Below the pieces are notes generated by a model, which was not told where the DNA came from, ran no database searches, and was given only the letters and a program-made list of their open reading frames with translations. A stretch of DNA of 64,000 nucleotides from Octopus sinensis (Eukaryota): contig NC_043025.1 of assembly GCF_006345805.1 (NCBI RefSeq), positions 3,038,001 through 3,102,000 on the forward strand, written 5' to 3'. Position 1 is the stretch's first letter; each line of letters opens with the position of its first letter. Shown piece by piece: positions 11,909-23,470 of the stretch. Position numbers and translations under genes: made by a program.

Positions 11909-13402
11909 ACAAGTCGTCATTACAGCCGATGTGGTTATAAACAGGTGATCCGGAAGCATTGGTCGGATATATTCTCAGAACATGGACTCTTCCGCTTTTT
12001 TATTGGACAATACTGACGTCCACAACAATGCTCACCTGGCCGATATCAGTGCTTGTCTAAGTTGCTCATAGAGTTAGGCTAGAAGGGACAAGCCCTTTAT
12101 TTTTGGGTTAAGGCTGTTGCTAAGCTTTCCTAAGTTACTCCAATCCAGATCTCCAATGCAAACTTTTTCCTATGCAGATCTTTAATGCAACGTTATCCAA
12201 TCCACATCTTTTAGTCACCCATCTTCACTGTAGATCTCCAATGCAAACCTTCAATGCATCCTTATCCAATGTAAACCTTCGATTCAACCTTCTCGAATGC
12301 AGATTTCCAAGGTACCCTTCACCAATGCATATCTTCGATGCAGCCTTAACTGATAGTAACCCTAGAAGGGGTTAGGTCTAGATTAGGATTAGTCACTGCC
12401 TTGCCGTAGGGGTTCCTACCTCATGGGCCAAGGAGGTTAGATGATATGGTTGGTGTCTTCAAAAGGGCTGGCATGTGCAGCCTGATCACCTCTGCCGGTT
12501 AAACTCCCAACCCATGCGTTCCCGTCGTGACACTTATTCTACAGAACTGGGTTGGGTGTGAAAACCAACTTTAAAGTATAAATATACATTTTTTTGAATC
12601 AGCAATGTTGTTCTCGGTTAAGTCCTATTTGGGGCGAAAAATCAATAAACTGATAAACCAATTCCTTATAGGATTTCCCACTAAAATTGGCTACACCCCA
12701 TTTTCAACTATAACTTATGCCAATTTTGACATATTTTGTTCAAAATTGATGCCAACATTACCTAGGACTCATGGGATCTTTGAATGCTTTAAGTTCTCAA
12801 AAAAAAAATACAGTCGATGAGTGGAAATAATCAATAAACCAATTCCTTATAGGATCTCCTAATTAATTTGCCTGCAACCCATTTTCAACGAAACGTTCAC
12901 CAATTTCAACGGATTTCGCTCAAATTTGATGTCGGTGCAACTTATTTTGGTTTGAAATAAAGCGCTCGATCACTTAATAATCCTAACGTAATCCCGGGCA
13001 ACGCCGGGCTATACTGCTTGTATCAAATAAACCTGAACATCAAAAACACTGACCTACATACACAAACACACATACATACAGAGATAAACACAACTCTACA
13101 CATTCACACGCAGTAACCATACTTAGTGGATCTTCTATAAAATTAATGAACCGTAAATTTTGTGTACTGTAAAAATGTGTTGCCCCTAAACCCAGTTGGG
13201 CTGCTAAACCCGATGGGTCCCCACAAGCAACTGTATTGTAACGAATGATTTCTTTTTTATGCATCTCGGTTTTAGAAGCGTTCATACAAATTCTTCATGA
13301 AATATGCTTTGATGATTTCATTTTACTAAATTTTTTATCCAAAACGAGAGCAAAGAATGAAGATAGATTTCCATGAAAATAATGTTCCTTCACATTACTT
13401 CA

Positions 13403-13403
13403 T

Positions 13404-13448
<45 letters not shown>

Positions 13449-13550
13449 CATCACCACCACCAGCACCACCACTGCTGCTGTTGCTGCTACTACTACTACT
13501 ACTACTAATACTACTGTTGCTGCTGCTACTGCTGCTATTGTTATTATTGT
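13403..13550. repeat. Compound (ACT)/(ACC)/(GCT) trinucleotide microsatellite
   Basis: Visible directly in the sequence. Confidence 0.9.
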
Positions 13551-13739
13551 GACGGTGAACTGGAAGAATCGTTATTACGTCGAACGAAATGTTTAATCGC
13601 ATTTCTTCCGACTTTGTACGTTCCAAATTCAAGTTATACTAATACATCTGTTTGATTTCTACACCACCTGTCTTCGTCTTTTGTTTTTTTTCGTGAATTC
13701 TCCCTGTACATATATATATATATATATAAAATCAAAAAT

Positions 13740-15900
13740 GAGCAACAAGAATGGATCCGGTAATTTAGCACAATTGTTTCATACTATAAAAATTTATTAA
13801 AGCTGCAAATATTACAGCAAATATAATATGTCAAGTAATCTTCAGCTAATTTCGTATAGGTTTTCCAATAATGTAAAGGTCTCAAATCAATTAGTAACAT
13901 CCTAGAGAGTGTAAGTATACCGATAAAGTTGTAGATATGAGTTTCAGGAACTTGAAGTAGGATACCAGGCAAACCAAGATTAAGTTCATATATGTTTTCC
14001 AACAATGTAAAGTTCTCAAATCAATTAGTAACATCCCAGAGAAGGTAAATATACCGATAAAGTTGTGGATATGAATTTCAGGAAACATGAAGAAGGATGC
14101 CAGTCAGAGCAAGATTAAGTTCACATCTAACTGTTGCAAGAAAAAAATTCCTTTAGTTATAAGAATGGTAGTAGGGGAGGTTGAGGAAGCAGATTAGCTG
14201 GAGAAAAGAACAGAAGGGGAAAAAATTGGGTGATGTAAAAGGATAAAGACAGTCTATTTCTATGGTGACAGAAAATTTAGGTCAGTGTGGGAGGAACATT
14301 AAATTCTTAAGAGACTGTGAGGTTGACCAAACCTTGCTTTCAAATGAAAGCCATCAGAATTTATAGTAGGAGTTAGGAGAAAGGGAGGTATAAGGAAAGC
14401 TACTAGAGGGTCTTAGGTTATCGGCAGAGAAAGATACAGTAAGAAAAATCAAGTTAACACTAGAATAGAAGGCTATTTATTTTTATTTTTTATTTTATTT
14501 TAACTTTTATTTTTTTATGGTGAGAAAGAATCTAGGTTACTATCTAAAGGTCAATTAAATTCTATAGCAAATGGTATGGGAACAGTACCTATTCAAATTT
14601 ATAGTGAAAATCAAATTATAACTGGAGGAATAGTATTACATGTTATTTAGAATAGAATTGGGAAAATGTGCAAATCTATGATTAAAGTAAGGTTAATTTA
14701 GTTGACTATAAAGTCAATTAAAAGTTGACATAGTATGTTTTCTATTTATTATTATATTAAAAAGATACAGTTAGAAAACAATAGGAACACCTTCAAATTT
14801 CTATTTCAAATATTTTAAAGTTCTGATTTTTGAATGAATGCAAGACCGACCTAACTCTAGACGATTATTTAGTAGATTTTTATTTTTTCTATACTTTATA
14901 ATCTCGTAGGTCTCCATAGAACAGAGTTTACAGCCTACTCAATTATTTCTGTAAGGTATTGCCCTTCTAACTATTTCTCATTTTAGGTTATATTTAATAT
15001 TATTAGTTTTGAGTTCCCAAATTTTGCTAGATAGTGTAGTGCAATCTGCCTTATGATCTAGTCGGAAAGAGGAAAGAGGATTGTTAATTCTCTGTTTAAA
15101 ATTAATAGAACAACCGATGTAAAAAAAGTTACTATTAGAAGTTATTATAGTACATTTATAGATTACATTTTGGACTGAACATCGACCAGATGCCGGACAA
15201 TTTGATCTAATCCTACAATTGCAACTGGGGGATAATTTTCAGGTTTGGAATTATTTAAGGACAGTTCTCTCACATTGCTGTTATTCAAATTATTATAAAT
15301 ATTATTTTCATTATTATAGGTAAAATTATGTTATCCAAAGTGGGGTTACTATTTATTGATCCATTCACACTATCTTTCACATCTAACATAACAATACCTC
15401 TATTACCTACATTATTGATATTGCTGTTATTATTATTTGTATTTATATCAAAGTTATTATTACTGCTATAGATATTATTGCTATCATCATTTTTGGTATT
15501 ATTTTTATTTATATCATCCCTATTTTTATCATTATAATTATTATTTCTATTAATATTATTGATATTATTATTATTGTTGTTGCTCACATTTTGATAATTA
15601 TTATTATTATTTTTTTTATTTTTGATACTATTATTACAATTATTATTACTATTCATGTTGATACTAATTTTACTAATCCTGGCTAACATAATGTTTCTAC
15701 TATTAAGTCTAGCTATTATGGTGGACATATTAGGGAGGGTTAAATATGAAATCCTAACTGTTCTCTTAGAAATTATTCTATATTTATGAGAGGTTGGAAA
15801 ATATTTTTCTAGTCTAGATTTGAATCTACTGTATATATTCGATATAAATCGCCCAGTTAAAAGGAATATTTAGCCAAATGATATTTTCTTTTTTAAATTT
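13740..15900 (-). mobile_element. Penelope-like element remnant: GIY-YIG endonuclease and 3' pseudo-LTR region
   Basis: Minus-strand translation at about 15235-14830: SCNCRIRSNCPASGRCSVQNVIYKC...FYIGCSINFKQRINNPLSSFR...TTLSSKIWELK...GCKLCSME...LLNNRLE, with TGA stops. An Asn-rich linker lies upstream and a hammerhead downstream. A ~134-bp tandem duplication sits at 13860-14130. Confidence 0.8.
13765..13849 (-). ncRNA. Degenerate minimal type I hammerhead ribozyme (PLE pseudo-LTR)
   Basis: Minus strand: TTAG-CTGAAGA-ttac...AATAAA...gtat-GAAAC-AATT-GTG-CTAA. The cleavage triplet is GUG, so probably inactive. Loop and flank resemble the 33062 copy. Confidence 0.65.
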
Positions 15901-15924
15901 TCTTAAATTAGATTTGGGGTGAGA

Positions 15925-18900
15925 TGTTTTAGTCTTCAGGTTCTACATTTTGCTGATTTCTATTTCAAAATCTTTATATTTGCTCAGTTTTTGGTAGGTC
16001 TTGACAGATATGTTTATATCGATTGGGACAGTCATATCAATGAGGAGACATGTTCTTTGTCTGAAGTCTTTCAATATGATATCTGACCTATTTGCATCTA
16101 TCTTTCTGTCAGTTTGAATGGTGAAGTTCCAGAGGAGTGAGATGTGGTCATTTTCAAGCATTGGAGGTGGTTTGTGTTCCCACCAGTTTTTATCATGGGG
16201 CAAGTCCAGGCTTCTGCAAATTACCAAGTGAATATATTGTGCAGCTCTATCATGCCTGTTGAGATACTCTGTAGGCGCAAGAAGACTGTACTTGGAGACA
16301 ACATGATCAATGGTCTCAGTTTGTTGTTGACATACACGACATGTTGGGCTACTGCCGTTCTTTAATATGTTGGCCTGGTAGTTCCTTGTAGGTAGGCATT
16401 GATCTTGAGCTGCGATGATGAACCCTTCTGTTTCAGATTTTAAGTCAGAGGTCTTAAGCCATTGATGGGTCAGGGCTTTGTCAACATCTGCTTTATTCGC
16501 TCTCTTTGGGTATTTGCCATAGAGAGGTTTTTCTTGACGTTTATCATTCAGAATATCTAAGGCCACAGTTTTAGCACGGGTTTTCATGTGCTTAGCTTTT
16601 TCTGTGCTTTTTCTTGTATGTCTAATTTCGAAATTTGTTGTATTCGGAATTCACTTAGATATTCCTTTGCCTGTTTTGTTACTGAGTATGATACTTGCTA
16701 GTTTTCATGTTTTGAGACAAGTTTTAACATCCAGTCCTCAGAGTTTTTCAGGTAGGTGTCTAGGCCATTTGTAGCAATCTTCATTGTTATTGCCAGTTGT
16801 AAAAGTCCACGGCCTCCCTCTTTTCTTGGCAGATAAAGTCGTCCTGTATCTGCCTTAGGGTGGTGCATTCTATGCATTGTCAACAGTTCTCGTATTTTTC
16901 TGTCAAGATTAAATATTTCAGTAATTGACCAGTTAACGATATTGAAACTGTAAGTCACGACTGGTATGGCTAAAGCTTTGATCGCTTAGATCCTGTTTCT
17001 CGCATTCCGCTCTGTCTTGAGTATTGCTCTTACTCTGCGATAACATTCTCTCCTGGTCCTTTCCTTCATCACTGAATGCCTTATTCCATCCCCTTCAATT
17101 ACCCCTAGATACTTGTAGCTCTCCGCTGGGTCTAATTCTTTTATGACATTCTGCTGGTCAAGCTTAACGTTAGATGTTTCTGTCACTTTTCCTTTGATAA
17201 AGGTGGCTTTTGCACATTTATCGTGGCCAAATTGCATTCTGATGTCATCACTGAATTGTTTAACAATCTCTAGTAAGCCCTTGAGTTGTTGGTCATTTTT
17301 GCAAAGAGCTTCAAATCATCCATGTAAATGAGTTGATTTATATTTTTATCAAACCTTTTATATCTGTACTGCGCATCATTGAGCAATTTTGAGAGAGGTA
17401 TCAAGGCTAAACAAAAGAGGAGTGGTGATAGTGAGTCACCCTGAAAAATGCCACATGAAATATTTACATCACCAGCATTTAGAGAATCATTGTCACTATT
17501 CAAATTTAATGTGGTTCTCCATGATCTCATACTTACAGACAAGAGGTTTCGCAGAGTAGGCGCAATTTTGTACATTTCTAGGCTCTCTTTATCCAGGTAG
17601 GCTATCAAAAGCCTTTTCATAGTCTATCCAGGCTATTGACAAGTTTTTGTGTCGTTTGTGACAATCTTCTAAGATCATCTTATTGATGAGTAGCTGATCT
17701 TTACAACCATAAGATCCACGTTTACATCCTTTCTGTTCATTAAGGAATATGCTGCTGTGTGTCAAAAAACTATAGGTATATTCCGTCAGGACAGATGTTA
17801 GCGTTTTAAACATACTTGTTAAGCAGGTTATGAGTCTATAGTTTTTTGGTTCATTTGTTTCTTCACTTTTTGGAAGCAGGAATGTTAATCCATTAACTAG
17901 CCAAGGAGGCATCCTACTAGGGTGTTGCCAAACATCACTGTAAAGTTCTGTTAGCAGTTCATGGCTCTCTTGGAAGGTATTCAACCAGAAGTTAGGAATT
18001 TTCTCCTGTCCTGGAGACTTCCATTTGCTTGACCTCCTGAGAGCAGATCTTATATCTTCTACCTTGACACCCTCCCACTTTTGCTCTTCTAAGGAGTCCA
18101 GTTCTGTAGATATTCTATCAATCCAGGGGTCCTTTTCGTTGTGTGTTTTTTCTACTGCCCAAATTTTATTCCAAAATCCCCGCACTTCTTCTTTTGATGG
18201 TGTTTTTCCTATCTTCCTGTAAAAATTTTTGGGGTTATTTTTTAACATGATGTTGTCCTTGAAGAATCTAACACGTTTTTCATACCTCGCTATGCGAGCA
18301 GCTTTAGCAGATACCTTTTGCTTGATGGTTTCTATGGTGGCATCAATATCAAGTATAGTTTTCATATTATATTTTTTCATTAATTTTGGGGTTTTTGTAG
18401 GTTTAGTAGTCCTGTCAACCTTAAGGTTTTTCAAATATTCAATATAAGATCTAAATAGTTTGATTTGTTGTTGGATACGCTCTTGCCAAGAAGACTTTTT
18501 GTGAGAATGTTGCCGTTTTCTAACCTTTTCACCACATAGGATCGTTGAGATTTTCGCGGATGCATAGAATATGTGGTTGAGATCTGTGATATCAACATCA
18601 TTAGCTGAAATTATATCCTTAAGTTCAAGCCGGATTTTACCAATTATTTTCATGTTTTGGTTAGAGTTTCGGATTTTAGGGAGTGTATCGCGTTCATCCA
18701 TACTGGTCTCTTTAATTTTCAGTCATTCAATCATGATTTGATTTTTTAGCTCATGTAGTTCTGTTGTGTCAATATTTGTATGACTTTCTTCATCTATTTT
18801 GATGTTCATCTGTCTTAGTGTTTATGATTGGTTCAGGGAGTATTTCACTTTGCCTATCACTTATACTAACTCTTTCAATCCTTACTTCGTTTCTATCAGC

Positions 18901-19643
18901 CCTGGGCTGGTCTATAATTATTTCCTCTGTATTATCTTCTTTAGCTGCAGCTTCGTTCATTTTATCCGTTACTGCTTGCTTAATTTGATCAATCTCTACG
19001 TCAGTCAGTAATTTTTTTTTTCATAATGTTTCTTCTGACGTTGGCAAGTTTGTTACTTTCTATGTAGGGTCTTGCTTCAGGGTGTTTCTGTCTCCAGTTT
19101 AAGTATGTTTGTACAGTGTTAGATTTGTCTGTGGGGAAATATATGGAACGGTAGAAGGCCGCAAGAACATCTTTATTATCTTCCCTAGAACATTTTCCTT
19201 CTTTTTTTTTGATTATTTGGTGACGGGCATGGGTAGCCATCTGTTGGAATATTCCAGTTGTGGGGTACGTCCAGCTTCTGAGTGTCAGGAAGATTTGATC
19301 CAGTAGCTGATTTTTCAATCAGAAGTTGGTTCAATTTTCAGGTACGTCGTCTTTTGTAATCCGCTCGATGACCATTGCGGTTTGTAATTTGTTTTGTTGA
19401 CATTGAAGAATGACGAGCTTCGACTCTTACATTAAGAGACGGATCTGTCAGTTTAGGATTTTCTGCACGTAAACATTGTTCGTAGCGCAGTTTCCTAAGG
19501 CTAGCAGATCTGTATTCGTCTGTATTTTTTTTGTTGATAGTTTTATCTCCGAACATAGTTTTTTTTTAACTTATGAAAGGTTCACTCTGCCTGTGTTAGT
19601 TCGAAAAAATGAGAATAAAATACGGAAAAAAAGGATCTGTCAC
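15925..19643 (-). mobile_element. R4/Dong-like non-LTR retrotransposon (RT + CCHC finger + restriction-like endonuclease), frameshifted and 3'-truncated
   Basis: Motifs seen: KWKSPGQEKIPNFW, PKNYRLITCL, EQKGCKRGSYGCKDQLLI, WIDYEKAFDS, GIFQGDSLSPLLFCLAL, IYMDDLKLF, YKYLG, LYLPRKEGGRGL, CRVC..ETIDHVV, RHD, RSDI..D..CLLIDMTVP, KLSKYKD. A (TAA)n tract lies upstream on the sense strand. Confidence 0.9.
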
Positions 19644-19658
19644 TTATTATTATTGTTG

Positions 19659-19692
<34 letters not shown>

Positions 19693-19946
19693 CACCATCA
19701 CCATCATCATCATCATCATCATCAATGATATTGTTTTATGTGTAGTCACAGCAGTAGCTTTTGGTAAAGAGGTCATGTTCTATATGTCTATAAATAGATT
19801 CAGCAGATGGTAGAGAGGTCAGCCAAAGAGACAAAGGACATTTTAAGTCAGGAGAGGTCAAACCTTTTTACTAGTACCAGCGCTGCCTTGAAAAGCAATT
19901 CAGCTTGTTATATTTGTAATTAACGGTAGGAAGAGAGAAAACAAAA

Positions 19947-19985
<39 letters not shown>

Positions 19986-20984
19986 CACACACATATGTAT
20001 ATGTATATGTATACTCACACACACATATTATCTGATATTCACGTCGATGATTTTTTAAATTTCTGAATTCAATTGTGTTGTTGCAATAAAAGTTGTGTTT
20101 ACGTATTTGGGTAATATATTCAAGTTTTTAAGTATTCTTGAGATGTTCGTTTGTCTGTCTATTTGGAAAATACAATAAGACTTTTGCAATGGGAAGAAGA
20201 ATGTTTAGAAAAGAAAACAAGTTGTGGCTAGTAAAGTTCTAAGATTTACTAAATATGGTCTTTTGTATGACTGCACAGAGAGAAATGATAGTGTTCTTAG
20301 AATAAAAAGGAGGATGATATTTACATTTTCGAATACTCAGGGGGAGAGGAAAGGATACGTTGTCGCACATTAGTTGTAGATATTAAAGAATTTTTTTGTT
20401 TTTTTTGTATTTTAAACTGACCGTTTGTGTGTTCGATAACTGTAGGTATGTAAGTTTCCTAACTTATTTTATTTTGAGGGAGATTTTAAATATTTACAGG
20501 GAGTTGTAGATATTCCAGTCTTTGGGAACAGTAGGAGGAAGAGCGGGTTCACCCTGTTGGGTTTTTGAATTTCTGAATTTCTTTTTCTTTTGAAATTTTT
20601 CATTTATTTTTAAAAGTTTTGCTGTGGTTTACAGTTTTTGTAATTGTGCAGTAAGTACATATTAGCAGGTGCTTACTACCAATTTTTTATCGTGCATTTA
20701 ATTGTGTTGTTACAATAAAAGGCAATTTTACATATTCTGATAGTCAAGGAAGAAGGGACGACAAAATGTTCACACAAACTTGGAGATATTTGTTTCTAAT
20801 TTTTTTGTTAGGGGTTCGTTTGTATGTCCAAAGCTGTAGATATGTAAGTTCCTTAACTTATTTTGAGGGAAATTCAAATTACTCACAGAAAGCAGTAGAT
20901 CTTCCAGTTTTTTACAGTTGTTTTTTCAGTTGTCCTACTGGGTTAGCTGCTGACAGGCCAGAGCAGCGAAAAACACGTCCATTT

Positions 20985-21120
20985 TCTTCTTCTTCTTCTT
21001 CTTTTTATTATTATTATTATTGTTGTTGTTGTTGTTATTATTATTATTATTATTATTATTGTTGTTGTTGTTATTATTATTAATATTATTATTATTATTA
21101 TTATTATGTATTATTATAGT
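20985..21120. repeat. (TTC)/(TTA)/(TTG) microsatellite
   Basis: Visible directly in the sequence. Confidence 0.9.
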
Positions 21121-21200
21121 TACTGCTGACAGAAAAGACGGCATGAAAATGATACGGAAAATAAAATTAAGATTAAAAGAATAAAGTCTTATCTTAGTAA

Positions 21201-21428
21201 TTATTTCAAAACTACGTTTCTAGTAAAAACCCTGCCACTAGTTAGTTTAACTTGTTTGTGATATTTTTTTGTCAAAATTGTAATATTATTGTAGCTTCTA
21301 CTTCTGCTCAATGCAAAATAATATTGTCCATGGTTGAATACCCATGATGGTAGGGTGATGCCAACATTACTGAAGCTCTGCCTTTGTGATTTGTTTATAA
21401 TCATTGCAAATGCTGGGATAACAGTCAT
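21201..21428 (-). pseudogene. Second Helitron PIF1 helicase C-terminal fragment
   Basis: PAFAMIINKSQRQSF..VGI.L...VFNHGQYYFALSR...TRNVV matches helicase motifs V and VI. Confidence 0.8.
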
Positions 21429-22017
21429 CTCATTAGGAAGGAGGGAAACTAATGCGCGAAATATCTGCGTCTATCTCAGTAAATATATGATGACAAAAAT
21501 ATAAGCACACCACCAAATTGCGTTTGCATCATAGCTATTACTCTCATTTCACGTCCTAAATAGCGCGTAGTGAACACGACGCTCTCTTTACTACTTTCTC
21601 CCTCCCATTCCTATTACTTTCTCTCAAGCCCCGTCAGTCATGGCAATGACTCTCACTACGTCACCTTCACACAATTACTAATTTCTATCCTGTCGCTTCA
21701 AATGCATACAAGGAGACATAAAAGGAAACCGAACGAAAGCAAACATGGAGGGCCGTTAGACCACAACGAGGGTAAAATATATATATGTACGTACATACAT
21801 ACACGCATACATACACAACTACATACATAAATACATGCATACGTACGTTTATGTGTGTGTATATCTGCAGGTACAGACTTGGACGTGTAGTAACAAGTTT
21901 AAAAAAAGACCATAGACTTAGATTCGATCCGTCTGTGCAGGACCTTCAGCAAGCGTCATCTATTAAACCCCAACGTCTTTGTGAGTGAATTTGGTAAAGA
22001 GAAACTGGAAGATTCCA

Positions 22018-22050
<33 letters not shown>

Positions 22051-22070
22051 AATGCCCCTCACTCTATCTA

Positions 22071-22137
<67 letters not shown>

Positions 22138-22429
22138 TATAGATGGTGTAATTTAATTTTTCATTATTGAATTGATAAAAGGTGGTTTTATATATATATA
22201 TATATATATATATACTGTCTTATATTCCTCCCCACCACTACAAACTCAATACCACTATAAAATGGTCAAAACTCTTCACACAGGAACTTATTTTGATTTG
22301 AAAACTCCACTAGAATGGGAGAAAGTGCTAATACATGATCTAAGTTATATGATATATAAAAAATGTAATATACAAATAAATATCTGGAAATATAAACCAT
22401 CCGATTTTCTGAGTACCTCATTTCTTCTA

Positions 22430-22492
<63 letters not shown>

Positions 22493-23199
22493 TGTGTGTA
22501 TGTGTGTGTGTGCGTGTGTGTATGTGTGTGTATGTGTGTGTGTATGTGTGTGTGTGTGTCTGCGTGTGTGTATATGTGTATGTGTGTGTGTGCGTGTGTG
22601 TATATGTGTATTATCGCACACTCTGATGCCTGGTGTAAGGTTGCATCGTGTTGATTCAATATTGAAGCAATGGCATGCAACCGTATTCTACATTCCACCA
22701 ATAACAGTAACTAATTCTGAAGTTATTATTACTGCATACTGGTGGTTCAATTTTCAACCACCAGGATGTAACTTGATGCTAATGCTTAGGACATCCGTGC
22801 AGTAGAAATGCGTGTCGTTCAAAGATTTAAAATGACTAAATTGTATAATATATATAATAATATGGTACAAAATAAGTTTCTGCATGTGTAATTTTTCGTT
22901 CTTATTTTAATGTCTTTTACACAGGATAAAACCCGAAATAGTGAACTCGGAATTTTGGAACTAAGTGGAAGACAATGATTGTTTACCATAAAGAGTTTCC
23001 CGTCTTGTCGTACCATTCGAAGTGGTTGACCAGAGCCTGGATTGTATTACAATGCTTGTAAGTTGCGTCCCATGATTTGATTTTCCTCTCCCTTTATATT
23101 ATGTATATGTGTGTGTGAATGTGTGTGTCTGTGTGTGTGTTTGTTTGTGTGAATATACGTATATGTAAATGAATATATATATATATATATCGACAGATA

Positions 23200-23278
23200 G
23201 AGAAACACTGATAGATAGAGAGATAGATAGATAGAGATACAGACAATGATTGATAGATAGCTAGACAGACAAACACAT

Positions 23279-23327
<49 letters not shown>

Positions 23328-23396
23328 GTATATAGGTAGATAGATAGAAAGATAGATAGATAGGTAGATAGATAGATAGAAAGATAGATAGATAGG

Positions 23397-23470
<74 letters not shown>
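23200..23470. repeat. (GATA)n microsatellite
   Basis: Visible directly. Abuts the 3' end of a Tx1-like element. Confidence 0.95.

Larger units (their letters stand above)
1..13020 (+). mobile_element. Internally deleted Helitron carrying the expanded repeat array; 5' end lies outside the window
   Basis: Repeat region, then helicase, then ~1.1 kb of 3' sequence ending in the hairpin CCCGGGCAACGCCGGG (12993-13008) and CTATACTG-CTTG|T (CTRR-like end, 13017-13020, followed by T). Confidence 0.8.

Noticed and set aside
14830-15000. In-frame TGA codons in the PLE endonuclease as selenocysteine
   Set aside because: They fall where Trp and probably Gly are expected rather than at Cys positions, I recognised no SECIS element, and the element is decayed.
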